DNA of 64,000 nucleotides, from positions 1,364,001 to 1,428,000 of the forward strand of contig OZ316775.1 of assembly GCA_973851085.1 (NCBI GenBank). Direction: 5' to 3'. The stretch's first letter is position 1. Every line of letters begins with the position of its first letter. The position numbers were made by a program, and so were the translations under genes. Below, in pieces: positions 15,470 to 29,289 of this stretch. Origin of the DNA: Ptychomitrium polyphyllum. Taxonomy: Eukaryota. The notes beneath the pieces were generated by a model that worked only from the letters and a program-made list of their open reading frames with translations, searched no databases and was not told the origin of the DNA.

Positions 15470-15596
15470 AGGCAGGTAGGCAGGAAGGCTGGAAGGTAGG
15501 AAATAGGTAGGCATGTAAGCATGTAGGAAGGTACGTGTGTAGGTAGGGAGGTGGACCGGTTGGAAGGTTGGTAGGGTGGTTGGTGAGCAGGTAGGT
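15470..15596. repeat. degenerate (AGGT/AGGC) tetranucleotide run upstream of ADH
   Basis: ggcaggtaggcaggaaggctggaaggtaggaaataggtaggc... 4-nt periodicity. Confidence 0.7.
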
Positions 15597-15659
15597 TCTC
15601 CATAAAGCAATGCTTTTGACTCTGGTTTTAGTTGTGCATTTTTTAATTTATCCACAAAA

Positions 15660-17420
15660 TGCATAGATTTTCTATGAAGTAGTTATGATTGCTTGAATAA
15701 TAAACATATCTCTACATTTATTTGAATTAAATAGGTAATTTGGATTTTGAATTTTAATATTAAAAAAAAAAGTGTCTATAATACATATACATATTAATAA
15801 TAAATTTCATTACATGTGTAATACATCATATGTTCTTATTAAGTGGTGAATATGAAATGAATTAAATAATTATTAAGATTTTAAGACAAAAAAAAAGGAC
15901 AACAAACTAAAAAGTAAAGACATGTAACAAAGTACCATATTATTAAAATGTTTTGCAAAGAACATCAAAATAAATTTTTAGTATAGAATTAAGAATTAAA
16001 AAATCTTGTCATATTGTCCTATCTTACTTTCATCTATGTCCATGCCTTTAAAAATCAAAGAAGTGAAAAGAAAAATATATTCATTTACTATCTTTTATGC
16101 TTATAAATTGGAAAGAATTGCAAAGTTTTGAAAGGTGTAAAAAAGAGAAATTCTCTAAATTATGTTCATTTTAATATTTGTATAGAATACATCTACAAAA
16201 AGATGTATATAATAGGAAAGTTTTAAGTTAAGTAGAGTTAAATATGCATGAAGATATTATGTGCAAAAGAAAATATTATGACTAAGAAATATCACATTTG
16301 CATCATCAAAATAATTCATAGCCTTTAAAAAAAACATTCTAGTGACTTATACTTATAGTTTTGCAAAATTCAAAATCTCCAAATTCTCATACAACTTTTT
16401 TAAGATTTTAACTTTATTATACGTTGAATATTACTTATTTAAATTTGTACTAATGTATTGAATATCTAAATGATGTAATAATATAAACTTATATGTCCTA
16501 CAACATTCATCTACCATCATTGCATATGCATATTCATTATAAACAAATTGCTTCGACCTTAGGAAGTTGTAGAAACCTATTGAAAGAATTAAAAAGTATT
16601 TTTATATTCCAATATTTTATTAGACATATTAATCTTTTGAAGATAACTAACACTAGCATTATATTCATGAAAATGCACATTTGTCTTTGACATTTTTATC
16701 TTGATTTTAATAAATGAATTATCAATATTAGAAATAGATATTTTTATAAAGAACACTTTTCAAAGAAATTTTATTGATACTTGTGTAAACATCATTTATA
16801 ACGTATTCATATACCATATCACATTTCCACAAATATTTTGTTAATTTAGGTTCTTATTTAATACAATAATAAACTATTGTTGTTTTTAAATACAAATACT
16901 AGTTCTTCATCTTAATTGACAATTTTTTAGAAAATTCGTGCAATTACAATTGCATATTCAAATGTTGATAATTATAAAGCTTATATTAAAGGCATTTAGA
17001 AATTTATGTTTTAAATATAGCCAAAACTATGTAAAAAAACGTAATTTAAAAAAGTTTTTTCCATTTAAAATCAATTAAAATTTCGAATAATGTATTAAAA
17101 GGTGTATTCAATGGAAGTTGAAAACCTTATAAACTAAGTCCAATAATAATTTTCCTATAATTCCAAAATAAATTGAAAATAATTTGTTTTTTTTGGTTTG
17201 TTATCCATCTTACTTCATACATTAAAACTCACAATTGTTGTTTATGTAAAATACTCAATATCAGATCCAAAGTAAATTGTTTATATTTAATTGCAAAATA
17301 GGTTTAATAATGACTATTATTTTAATTTTACATGTCAATTTTAAATTATACATTTTTATAATCACCACACAATGTACCAGATTACCTTTGACATTAAATT
17401 TTGCATTAGCTTTTGCATTT
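15660..17420. other. AT-rich, CpG-poor intergenic block
   Basis: Compositional island between the ADH upstream region and the neurochondrin 3' region, with no credible ORF. Confidence 0.5.
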
Positions 17421-18064
17421 TCTTTTATTTTAAATATTCTAAATTAGCATTATTCTTGCTGGGGCAATGGTTCAATGAAAAGCCGAGCCATGTGCCATTT
17501 GTCCAAAGCAACATTCCAACGAAAGGGGTAGAACAGTGTTTGCAAAGAGGCTGGAAATGGACAGCTATTGTAAGATGATGAATTTTCATTACAATGGCTT
17601 CAGAAAAGATACAATGCAACAAGAGACGCAACCGGATTCTACTTTCACACGTGAAAACACCGATTGACGTCAACAGCTGCCAAGTACTAAAGACTGTCTC
17701 AGTTACTAAGTATTTTGATTGACCGAAGTGCTGTTACACCAAATGACGTTTTCTGCTTACAACATGCATCCCATAGCCGCAACGAACGAGATACAGCAAT
17801 TCAGGGAACTAACAATTATATCTATGATCGACTGGTTTGACCATACAGGTCTTTTCATGAAAAGGTCACAGGACTCGAGCACTGCTGCTGCTTTCTTTAC
17901 AACTCTATAAGGAGCAAATGTCTGTACGGCTATGTATATTGTGTAACAAATTCTCCAGCGCCTAGTTTAATCGTAGACAAAATGCACTGAGCAGAAACAG
18001 GAAAAACTCGATTCCCTCATTACACTGTCAATACTGCTCTACCATTCATCGTGAAAGATGTGTC

Positions 18065-21000
18065 TCACGGGGCGAATATGCTCGCCAGCAACATCTGAAG
18101 TGATGGGTTTGTTGTCACCTCTTCCATTGTCGCTGTCATAGGTCTGTGAAAGAAACAATCAAGATATACCAACAGCTCAGAGATCATGCGCATTTTCTTT
18201 ACACCTTTATACCCTGTGCCTACATTCAGGCAACACAATGAATAAAGATTGTCCTGAAAAATACCAATAGACCTTCAGTTCCTTCACTCTGAGCAGGGGA
18301 TTAGACATGTCTAACAGCAACGGTGCAGGATTTACCGCTTTCCCAGAAAACGCTGTAGCCATGCTGAACCTTTGATTATGTTTTTGAAAGAAGGATAACG
18401 CTGCAAGCATTGGGACCATCCTGCATCCATAAGCACTCAAACCTATACATTAGAGTAGAGAAAAATATGAGACGATCTAGCAGGAGAATTATGTAATTTT
18501 GAATGAAGCTAAATTAAAAAAACCCTGTCAAAATCACCTGAAACAGTGATGTCCCACAAATCCTCCTCTTCAGCAGGTTCCTCTAGCCTCTCTGCCTGCA
18601 CCAAATTAGAGTTGAAACACTACTCAGATCAAAGAACGTTCCAAACATAGAGCTGCGGTTGTGATAAACGTTCTAGATGCACTCTGTTCGCTCCAGGCTA
18701 CACAATTTACGGTTTTGCAACTACTAATCCTTTTCAAGCTCTAATTACTCAATTGCAATGGAAACGATACTCACCCTTTGACATCGCTCTAGGTTCATCA
18801 ATACCAATGCAAAAACGGCTTGTAGACCAGCAGGTCCAAATCCAGGATATTGTGAAAGAGCATTTTCGTTAGTTAAACCAAGGACCATAGTGCATAGACT
18901 CGCCGCCAACGCACACTCCATCACCTGTTTTCCTTGCACTGAGCCAGGGTAGCCAGAAGTTCCATGTAAAGACAAACATACGTAAAGACAATACATGTAA
19001 AAAGTACAACTTCATCAAACATACCTTTCGAGTTCTAATCCTAAGTGAAACTCTTGGAAAAAATATGCGAAGTTATGGAAACCAAGGGGATGAGCAACAA
19101 CTGTCTCCTGACACTTTCCCAAGGTCACAATAAAAGAAGATGAAAATATAAATCCACAAATTACAGAACACAAAAGTGATAACAATATGCCTAGCATGGT
19201 GAAAGAGTTAACCAATGGGCAGAAAGGTACAAACCTGCCCAGTTAGCTAAAGATGGCAGAGCAGAAAGGAAGTCTGTGACCTTAATGGCATTCCCTAAAC
19301 CATCCTTTTGCTGAAAACCAGCCCACAGATGGAAGCTGGTTTAGATTTTCTTTCAGCAATTATATTGAGAACTAACTGTTAAACCGGACAGATAATTAGG
19401 TGAAAAGCAATGCAGCTCCATTTCCAAAAGGCGGTGCAACTGTACCTTGATAAGGAGGTTCAGAAGTGTGTCACAAGCATCGACTATTGGAGCACGAGCT
19501 TCCGGTCCCCCTGATTCCGTTGCTACATGTACAAACTGAACAATCTGCGGCAAAGGTAAACTACACTTGTGAGGAATCTGGACTTTGAGACGTGCTACCA
19601 AGAGCATTATAGAATATCTAAATAAACGTCGCAATCATTGCAATCAGAAGATACATTGCATAAAGATAAAGATGTACGTGTGAAGGCATGGAAAATCAAT
19701 AGAAGCATACGCATCTCTGCAACCAATTAACCAGAAATCAGTGACAAGAACTCATTTCTGCGCTTATGAGCGCAAAAGAAGCGATTTGCTCCCCGGGAAA
19801 TGAAGATTTCAAAAGAAACGTAGAAAACTGATTGCAAACATGAAACTGACCTGCTTATGACCTCCACAAAAGACCAAGGCTTTGCAACCATCAAGCTCTG
19901 TAGTAATCTGGGACAAGGCTGGTAACATGAAGTGAACTCCTTCCAAAGACCTGTATTCGAACAAGCATATTAAAAATTGGTAAAGCATGAATTGTTCGTC
20001 CAAGATCCAGCTACATTGGCATTGAAATTTAGAGAAGATGCTGCATTCCTCTTCATCTTCTATATCATGCTTTGCGAACATTTAAGAAATATTAGTCATA
20101 TAACTTTCTCTTTCAAGCCGTGATATTCATCATGCCACAATGGCAGTAGGCCATGCCCATGCTCCAGACTTAGGGGATGAGGCAATAGGCATAGAACGAT
20201 AGTAATATTCTAAGAAACGTAGGAAAAACACTTAAAGAAATCTAGCACTACTTTGACTCTAGTAATCGATTGTTACATTGATAGCACCAAACCAGGAAGT
20301 CTATACAGGTGGGAACCTCGGAGGTGAACGTACCCATCTTGTCCCTCTCTAGTAACAGAGAGCAGGAAACCGAGTAACTTGTACACTCGATTTCGGTGGG
20401 CAAGAGGAGTTTCCGCCAAATACCTGGGATGCCCCATGTCAGATAGTTTAATACAATACAGTGGTGATGTATTGAACTAATGATGGCAAGAGGAACTTCG
20501 CAGAAGCATAACGTTTCCAACAATGTGGTCTTTTAACTAAAATATTAAGACAAACTTCCTAGAAAGCAGAAAATATTTCATGAATACAAGCTATGAATGG
20601 TAAAAAAAAGTTCGTCAGATATGTTCTTTTGAAACATACTGACGGTTACACATCCAAGATGCATGTCCCGGTACTGTCGGTACCTTCCCACCAACCGAAC
20701 AGTGCCCAGAAGCAGATCTCCAGAAGTAATATTGTTTTCCTGCACAACCCAGAATTAGGAAAATTGACAGATAAGATACCATTCCGATTTCAAGGAAAAC
20801 AAAAAAGCTTAAGAATGTGACAAGTAAAATATGTATGTCTCCCTCCACTAATTCTTTATCAACTTTCCCCGCAACTTGGTTTAGAGAACTGAAACATTTC
20901 AGTTCAAGAAAAAAGATACTGATTTTAATTAAATCCTAAGTTAAAATAATATTTATGAAGAACCAACCTGAGCATCCTCGAGAAACTCGAGAACCAAACC

Positions 21001-24000
21001 TACAACCTCAGTCAAAGCAGAGACCGCCTTTTCCATTGTTGACTCCTTCAACTTCCCTGATGCATCTTGCTGATCGACTACAACATTGATGACATGTTCC
21101 AAAAGGGAAAGATACGTAGCCAATCCTTGCTGCTTGCCGGCGGATTCAGCAACTTGATCGGTTTCGCCTCCTCCAGAATCAAACGTTTTCCTTGCAACTT
21201 CGTTCAAGAGTACTGCAGTCTCAATCCTCACAGTCTCTACCACCAGTATAAAGAACCTGCTTTTGCAAACTAGTTACTCTTAGCAAAAATGAGGAGCACG
21301 GTAGCACAAAACTAGAAGCTAAGTCACAAACTACAAGCTAGCCTGAATAAAAAGCTAGGAGATGATTTGTTGAACCAAACGAGACAAGCAACAACAATAG
21401 ATTATTAGCAGGTGACAAGGTACAAAAGCTTCTAGCAAAACAATTTATTCCTAAAGTCTAATTTTCAAATTTCTAATCTGTGACAACCATTAGGAAACAG
21501 GTTGAAAATACCTGTCCAATGGAACAGGCTTCTGATCTTCTGGAACAACCATAGGCCCTAAAAGCCAAACCTCTCCAACAATTTCTACAAGAGCCTCAGT
21601 GACTTCCAAAGCTAATTGCTTTTTTTCTGCCACTGTTCAACAATGTAGAAGGAAATACCAGAAGTTGTGAGATTATTGGTGAAATGAAATCCTTATATCA
21701 GCTGGAGAAAGAGTGGAGCAGCAAGAAGTCAATTCATGCAAAATAAATTCCTTCTACGCCTGAGCTAACCCAAAATGAGAATTTAGACTGCAAAACAGGG
21801 ACCCCAATCTTCGCTTAGGTGAACACCCTCGGCTTATCATCATATTTCTTTACCGAGACAAAATGCTCACAATAAACCGAGATAAACATACAGCGCCTTC
21901 AAACCTCAATGACAATGTTTACACATAAACTAATGCATCAAAGACCAGGATCAGCGACCCTGAGAAGATGAGTGATAAAGAGAACGGAGACAATTAGCAT
22001 ACCTACGCGGCTGTTAAAAATGACTCCAAGGCCTGAACGAATATTGGTATACCAATCAGAACTTAGATTGGATTTTTGTAAAGCAAGCCGAATATGCGTC
22101 TGCATCTCAATTTACATAAAGTGATGAGTAAGGAAGAAAAAGACAAACATGAGCCTCAGCACATGTATAAAGGCTGCTATAAAGACAAAAATCTCACTCA
22201 GTTGGATTTGCCAACAGAATGCAATCAGATCATGGACATGTTAAAACAAATGACTTGTGAAGCAAAACATTACCGAGTATACTGATGCAAGAAAATAGTG
22301 AAGAAGAGACAATGCTTCAAACTTGAAGACATCCTGCTGAAAAACCAGCTGCCTCGCTACAATAGGAACCTGAAGAGCATTGAAACTTTGTGAATACGAC
22401 CGACTTACTGTCGTATCTCAAATTTGAGTTCTTAGAAACATCGACAATGTGTCTTTAAAAACATTCCCATATACGGTATTAGTATAGACATCCTGATCCG
22501 AAGTATAAGCACCTATTATCAGACATTACAACACATCTAAAGACGTGCTCCTTACCGTTGTTGCCAGTTCTTGTGAGCACTCTATGATCTCCTGTGCAGC
22601 ATCCGTAGTGCTAAACATGTATAATATCAACCTGACAGCTAGAGGCGTCCAATTTGCATCTGTATGTGCAAAACAACAAAAGTTGTGATTAATAATTCTA
22701 AGCATGTTAGATCGGAAGGCAAGTGAGGTACTATTGAGCTGGTCATTTCAGGACTATACTTGTGCACAATAGAATACAGAACCTAAGATAAGAGACACAG
22801 AAAGAAAGAGAGAAACAACTCTTAAAAATTCATTAATTAAAGAGCCAAAGAACCAATAAATCAAGGGTAGGGATTCCTAGGGAAACAAGATGCAACAATC
22901 ATAAACGAAATATGGAGTACTATTCAGTAAAAACATCCAAGGTGTAGATAAAGTACTCGGTGGTGCCTCGCTTAAGCGGTGTATGACTGTAGTTAAAACT
23001 TTCTGCTGCAGTAGAGCCTCTCGCCCCTTATCCGACGCTGAGCCTATAGCAAGTAAGCACTCCAGACAGTCTCCAGCAGCCAGTTCGTCGTCCCTGAACA
23101 CAGTATAAAAACTTCATTATCGCACGATCAAGCAAAATAAACGTTAAATCGAAAGAATTGTAAAAAGTTTTGAAGAATTATTAAACCACAGAAACTGGAA
23201 ATGGTAGTTGTGTAATATCAAGAGCCTGAAAACACTCGTACTACCACTCAATAACTGGCGATAATAAGTAATCTTCTCTGACGAGATTCTACGTAAAGGC
23301 AAAGCAAAAGATCGAGATGTGAAAAGAGGGAGGTAATTATACTTGCTTGCTAAAGTTTCAACAAGAATAGAAACTTTGCTGATGTTCTCATCCATCGCTG
23401 CAAGTTCCGGGAGTCGACAAAATGCGGAAATAATAGAAAGAGCCAAGTGCAAATAAGCCTGCTGCTGTCCTTTGTCATTTTGTCCAACAGCTTCCCCCCC
23501 ACTGGGCCCTCTAGCCTGCCCTGTCCCTGTCATATTTGAGTGTACATGAGTATTAGCTCCACACTTAATCCTCTCCACCGAGTTTTGAACGAAAACAATT
23601 AAGAACATGAGGAACTAACCTACAGAAGTCAACTTGCTGCATTCGGTCACAGTAAACATAGACATTCAGCAGAACTTCACATTGCAACTGAAAGCAAAGG
23701 CTCTCTCAGTACGCTTGCGAGCAATCAAGCAAATCGTTCTGATTTACATACATGTACCCCCATGGTGCTGCAATACTCAAGAGGCTAAAACCCTGTAATC
23801 AAGCCCCGTTGACAAAGTTATATTGGTGCTTCCATTAGAAATTGACCACAAGCATGACTAGATAAAGGCTGCATCCGCACGGGAGCATCCAATAACTCGT
23901 CCGTAAGATATGGCCAGAACTAGAAACTAATGTAATTCCAGCAACCAGCCACCAGACTGTATTAGTGGGACGGTTTCATCCGAAGAAAAGATGTCAGGTT

Positions 24001-25100
24001 CGTAGTCATTAAATCACCACGGTCGCCTCAAAGTTCATCACAAACTTGATTATAGGAAACTTCATACAAGGACAGAGCATGAAGACAGATGTTTCGTAAA
24101 GCCAGTTCTAGTGGCAACTTACTAACACAATTCCAAATCACTGTATCACGAGAAATGCACTAAGATTCAACGTGCTCGTAAGATCAATGCACGAGTCCCA
24201 CAACTATAGTCAAAAGACTAAACAAGTGTCCCTCTCTTTCTGCAATTCACCAGGAGAATTCACTTTACAATGAGTACAGAATTGCATGTGAGAACCAAAA
24301 GTCTGAAGACCCCGAATAGCAGCCCTTAAACAGAGCTAGATTTAGCGTTACGCTGATAATTCTGACGAGCACCAGCTGTTGTACCACATTACAATTGGCT
24401 CTCACAACAGATCGTGAATGCAAGGAGAACAACACAAGCCACAATGCAGCTTAACAGACAGAGCGCAATGTCTGTAATCATCTCCAAACCCTAATTCCGC
24501 GCATCAGCTACGTCGATCGACTGCATTGAAAACGAAACAAACAGAGAGAACACTCCACCCTAAGTGATCACCATCAAGCAACTTAATGACAAAGCACATC
24601 ATGGATGCGCCATCCGCAACCAGTAAGACCGCCGCAAACAATTCAACCAAAACGCTCCTAATCATAATCAATTAGAAACAAAACAACTCGCGATTGGACA
24701 AACGATCGCTACTCTATTCCGCCCAAAACCCCGACCGCCAACTGCCGACACTACCGATACCGTCAATTGTGCATGCAACCTCCAAACCTCGCACAATTGC
24801 AACCCCTTACTCTCTCCAGGATCCACCAAACCCAACCTAGAGCGAAAATTCACAACCAATTGCGCACTAGCCAGAACACCTGACAACGAACATACCAGCA
24901 TCGAGATGCAAAGAAGAGCCAGAGAAGAGAAGCGACTCACCGGTTCGGAGCAAGCGATTGAGAAACGGGAAGCCGATGGCGTCGAAGACACGGCGCACGG
25001 CGTGGAGGTCGTCGCCTTTGACGATTTTGGTGGCCAGCAGCAGGCCGACCAGGCGCTGCTCGTCGTTGGCGCCTTGGAGGAGCTTCACACACTCGTCCAT
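18065..25100 (-). CDS. NCDN: neurochondrin family protein (ARM-like), multi-exon
   Basis: N-terminus MDECVKLLQGANDEQRLVGLLLATK..VFDAIGFPFLNRLLRTG is typical of neurochondrin. Further exons include QAYLHLALSIISAFCRLPELA, GDCLECLLAI, VVETVRIETAVLLNEVA, YLAETP, HFMLPALSQIT, DLWDITVSGWSQCLQRYP. Last exon 18143-18065 ends LASIFAP*. Not every internal boundary was verified. Confidence 0.9.
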
Positions 25101-25367
25101 GGCATATGTAACGCCCCTGGGGTTTCACGTTGCTACAACCGCGGGCGCCAGAGTGCGAGAGAGCCAGTATCCCACGCTGCGGCTTCCTGCACAAGCTCTC
25201 TCTCTCTCTCTATCTCTCGCCAGTGTGCGAGTGTGTTTGCAGCTCCTCTTGCGTCTCCTCGTGTGCATTCTCCCACACCAAATATGAGGCAGCCGCACGC
25301 CACACCCGCGGCAGAGATGACGTATGTGTACTGTATTCATACAGTATCGTACTCTCCCCCTCTTCCG

Positions 25368-25446
25368 CGCTCTCTCTCTCTACCATTCTCCTCTCTCTAC
25401 CATTCTCCTCTCTCTACCATTCTCCTCTCTCTCTCTACCCTCTCTG
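25368..25446. repeat. (CT)n plus 3x ctctctaccattctc repeat upstream of neurochondrin
   Basis: Read directly. A second (CT)n run lies at about 25196-25218. Confidence 0.8.
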
Positions 25447-27039
25447 CCTCCGTTTTCATGGACGGTCGATCGTGCGTACGATCACCGTACTCATACTGTA
25501 TGCGTACCAAACCCCGTCGTTTCATTCCAGAACAGACACCATCTGCCGCAGGCTTACATATCGTGCCATAGAGCGGACGGTTCGGGATGATGTATGGTGC
25601 ATCTGATTCTGTCTTTATCTACGTGGGCCGCTGATTTACGTAGTATAGTGTTTGCCGGCGGTAGATGGTATCGGTTATGGGATGCGGTGACGGGCTTTAG
25701 TATGATCTGATATGCGTATAGTGACCGTATGGGAGAATGAAGAATGGGCGGAGTGAGGGTCCGGTGAGTGAGAGGCAGCGTATATACCTTGCGTTCTTGT
25801 TCTTCCTCTGTGGAGAAATTCAGTACTGTAGCTTGGGACAAGACTTTACACTCCTCTGTGGAATTAAACGTTTTAAAGAAAAGTTAATTCTGGCATGTGC
25901 CAATAATGAATATTAGTTTTAAGAACTTGTTTCTTGAAGAAAATCTGAAAGGAAATAATTTCTCTGATACCCTTTTTAAGAATCATGTTATGCCAAAACC
26001 ACTTACAAGCTAAGTAAAGAAAGATGATGTAGAACAGAGTCCTGCGATAGAGATGATATATTTGTAATGTATTGGTATCGTATTTGTCTTGAAGTATAAA
26101 GAGAGCCCAAGCTAAGGAAGTTGCTATTGAGGAAGAGAATGATATTTATTTAGAGATGTTGCATGAGCTGTGAAGGGTCAACTCAGTTATACAAAGTGTT
26201 TATATTTTGTTCGTATTTTGTTTGTTGCATGATTTGAATTTTGAATTTTGAATTTTATATTCCCTTTATTAGAATTTAAACTCCATTTTTTAAGTTTTTC
26301 TTTTTTGAAAAGACTAAATATTTATTACATTTTGTGCATCTATTTGGAATATTGAAGAAAAATCTCCATATTTCTTTTTGTTTTTGTCTATCATTAATAT
26401 TGAAGTCTTTTTAAAATTTTTCAAACCCCTGAAATCTAGATGTATTCTTTAAAAGAAAGAAATCTTTTTAAATTGTCTATTTTAAAACATCACTTATTCA
26501 TACCATTTCAAAACATTGCATATTGTATATTCATGTCCTTCTATATAATGTATATTTGCATTTTGAACTTTAAAATGTAGGCAAAAAGTAGGTCAAAATA
26601 GAATTTTTTAAGGTATTAAATAATGTCCTATGCAAACTTACTTGTCATAAACAAAAATATCACCTGGTTTTTCTAATAGAAAAAAATGAATGTAAGCTTT
26701 TTAATCTCCTATTTGTACATTTATTATCAATAATTTGTTTAATTATTTATTAAACGTTATAAATAATTAACTTTTATAATAATTAAACATTATGATGTTT
26801 AAAATTTCATACTTGATTCAAAAGGACATAACTTTTGGCAATTCATCTTTCTATAAGATTCCTTTCAATTATATTTCTTGTTGAATTAATATTTTTATAT
26901 AATTTGATGAAGTTTTAATCATAAATTATATAAGCATGACAATTTGACATTATTAATTTGAATAAGCTTATAGGTTGGTATTAAATCAACTTAATGAATT
27001 ATTTATAAGGAAATGCAAATTATTGCATAAATCGATCCA

Positions 27040-27082
27040 TTGAACCTACACAAAAGATTAAACACAAAAGATTAAATATAAT
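27040..27082 (+). promoter_or_regulatory. putative promoter of the esterase: TTGAAC...TATAAT with an internal perfect 14-bp tandem duplication
   Basis: TTGAAC 27040-27045, acacaaaagattaa x2 at 27048-27075, TATAAT 27077-27082. Spacing is 31 bp, or 17 bp with one duplicate removed. Confidence 0.35.
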
Positions 27083-27119
27083 TTGTTGTTCAAATTTAGG
27101 TGTATTACCTCCAGAAAGG

Positions 27120-28070
27120 ATGACTAAAAATATCATTGAAAAAGACACCCAAGCTTTCTTGGACCTGCTTGCTAAAGGAGGCGGACCTCCAATCTATACT
27201 CTAACACCTAAGGATGCTCGAGGTGTATTGAGTGGAGTACAAGCGGGTGATATAAAGAAAATGCCAGCAGATATAGAAGATAAAAATATTCCTTTTCAAC
27301 ATGAAATTTCAATTCGTATAATTAGACCAAAAGGAAATAAAAACAAACTTCCTGTAGTAATGTATTTTCATGGTGGAGGATGGGTGCTGGGAGGCAAAGA
27401 TACACATGATCGTTTAATTCGTGACATCGCTAATGGAGTCAATTGTGCCGTGGTTTTTGTAAATTATAGTCCATCACCCGAAGTACAATATCCAATTTCC
27501 ATTGAAGAAGCATACGCAGCCACAAAATGGGTTGCTGAGAATGCTAATGAAATTAATGTAGATGCCTCAAAACTTGCAGTGGCGGGAGACAGCGTAGGTG
27601 GGAATATGGCTATAGCAGTGACTATCATGTGTAAAGAACGGAGAGGTCCAAAACTTATATTTCAGTGTTTGTTTTATCCAGTTACTGATGCAGCTTTTGA
27701 TAATGAGTCATATAAGTTATTTCAAAATGGACCATGGCTAACTCTCCCAGCTATGAGATGGTTTTGGAACCAATATGCTCCTGACCATTCTGTGTGGGGA
27801 GAGCCAACTGCATCTCCTTTGAGAGCTCCAACTGATTTATTTAAAGGAATGCCACCGGCACTTGTTATTACAAATGAATTTGATGTACTTCGTGATGAAG
27901 GAGAAAACTTTGCTAAGAAGCTCATTGAAGCTGGTGTAGTAGTAACAGTGGCAAGATATCTTAGTACTATCCATGACTTTGTGATGCTTAATGCTCTTTC
28001 ACAAACCCCAGCTGCTAGGGCTGCCATTGCTCAAGCTTGTGAATGTCTTAAAAATGCATTTAAAGGATGA
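27120..28070 (+). CDS. intronless HSL-family (family IV) alpha/beta-hydrolase esterase/lipase of bacterial type, 316 aa
   Basis: Intact ORF with oxyanion motif YFHGGGW, nucleophile GDSVGG, acid EFDVLRDEG and His in IHDFVMLNAL. N-terminal cap (PIYTLTPKDARGVL) and NYSPSPE..YP resemble microbial enzymes rather than plant CXE/GID1 (DYRLAPE). A/T-ending codons, AT-rich flanks. Confidence 0.93.
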   Translation: MTKNIIEKDTQAFLDLLAKGGGPPIYTLTPKDARGVLSGVQAGDIKKMPADIEDKNIPFQHEISIRIIRPKGNKNKLPVVMYFHGGGWVLGGKDTHDRLIRDIANGVNCAVVFVNYSPSPEVQYPISIEEAYAATKWVAENANEINVDASKLAVAGDSVGGNMAIAVTIMCKERRGPKLIFQCLFYPVTDAAFDNESYKLFQNGPWLTLPAMRWFWNQYAPDHSVWGEPTASPLRAPTDLFKGMPPALVITNEFDVLRDEGENFAKKLIEAGVVVTVARYLSTIHDFVMLNALSQTPAARAAIAQACECLKNAFKG

Positions 28071-29289
28071 CAAAATCAGGATTGTTTTTTCAATATTAAA
28101 TCTATTCATATTAGCCTACATCAAATATATAATAATAATTTAATTGAGCTGTTGTAAATATAAATGCTTTAAATTTCAAATACTAAGATTCTTTCTTCTA
28201 TTGATTTTTTAATTAAAAATCTCTAACCTTCTTGAAAAATTCCAATGTGGTACTTGTCTATTATATATTAATTTATACAACATCAAAATAAGGTTGTACT
28301 ATGATGTTTTAAATAATATAACTTATTATAATAATTTTAAAAGTATATTAGCTTACAATTAAATCCTTGAAGATTTGATGGTTGCAATTAACTTTTATTA
28401 TCTAAAAGAATGGGAAAAAAACCCAAATATCTATTTTGAAGGTATGTACCAAGCTATAGAATTGTCTTTTAACCTTATTGTCTTGGATACAAAGTTCAAG
28501 TTACTTTGTATTTATTTATAGGAATCCCCAATTTAACATCAAATATTATTCCCAAAAATCAACTTCCATACTTTGAGTATTATTCATGCAAAATCCTCAT
28601 GATTCTGGCAATCCATTTATATCTATTTCAAATTAAAAGGATGCACACCATAAATTGAACTCACAGGAGTGGGTACCTCTCATAAATTTCTGTATCAACT
28701 TCGTTTGATGTGAATAGTAGAGTTCGAGACGTTCAAAAGACACGACAAAAAGACATCACGCATAAGAAAATTTGAGCCACAAAGCAAACAGTTTGGTAAA
28801 ATCGCATAGCATTATCATAAAGTTGCTAAATTTTGACGGAGTTCCAGGACAGAGAAGTCACACAACCAAGGAAGGAGTGTAATATCATCACTTGGAAGTC
28901 GAGTGCCTAGCAAGTTTATGAACTCCACGCAAATTGCTAATGTTCAATCCAAAACAACAGCAACACCCAATTAGAACTGAATCCTCAATACACCCTAATT
29001 GGACACCATTCTGACTCGTCACTATCCTGACATTTGTTCCTCAAATCGAAAGAGAATCTCCTTGGCAACGGAGTTGGTTCTCCCAGACATGGAAGTAAGA
29101 GCACCAATAGCTACAAATGTACATTTACATAATTAGTATTGGAAATGAGCTGGTATCACGTTCTGTGGTTTCAATATGCATAAGACAGTTTAAGAGCAAA
29201 TTTGTACAGATGGTATTTAGCTGTACGTGAAGAGGATTTTATGATGAAATATCTAGGCAGCGGTGAGAGCTGGTGTTGCTTGCTACCTT

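Noticed and set aside
24906..25606. 221-aa and 158-aa + strand ORFs
   Set aside because: Antisense shadow of GC-rich neurochondrin exon 1 plus CT repeats.
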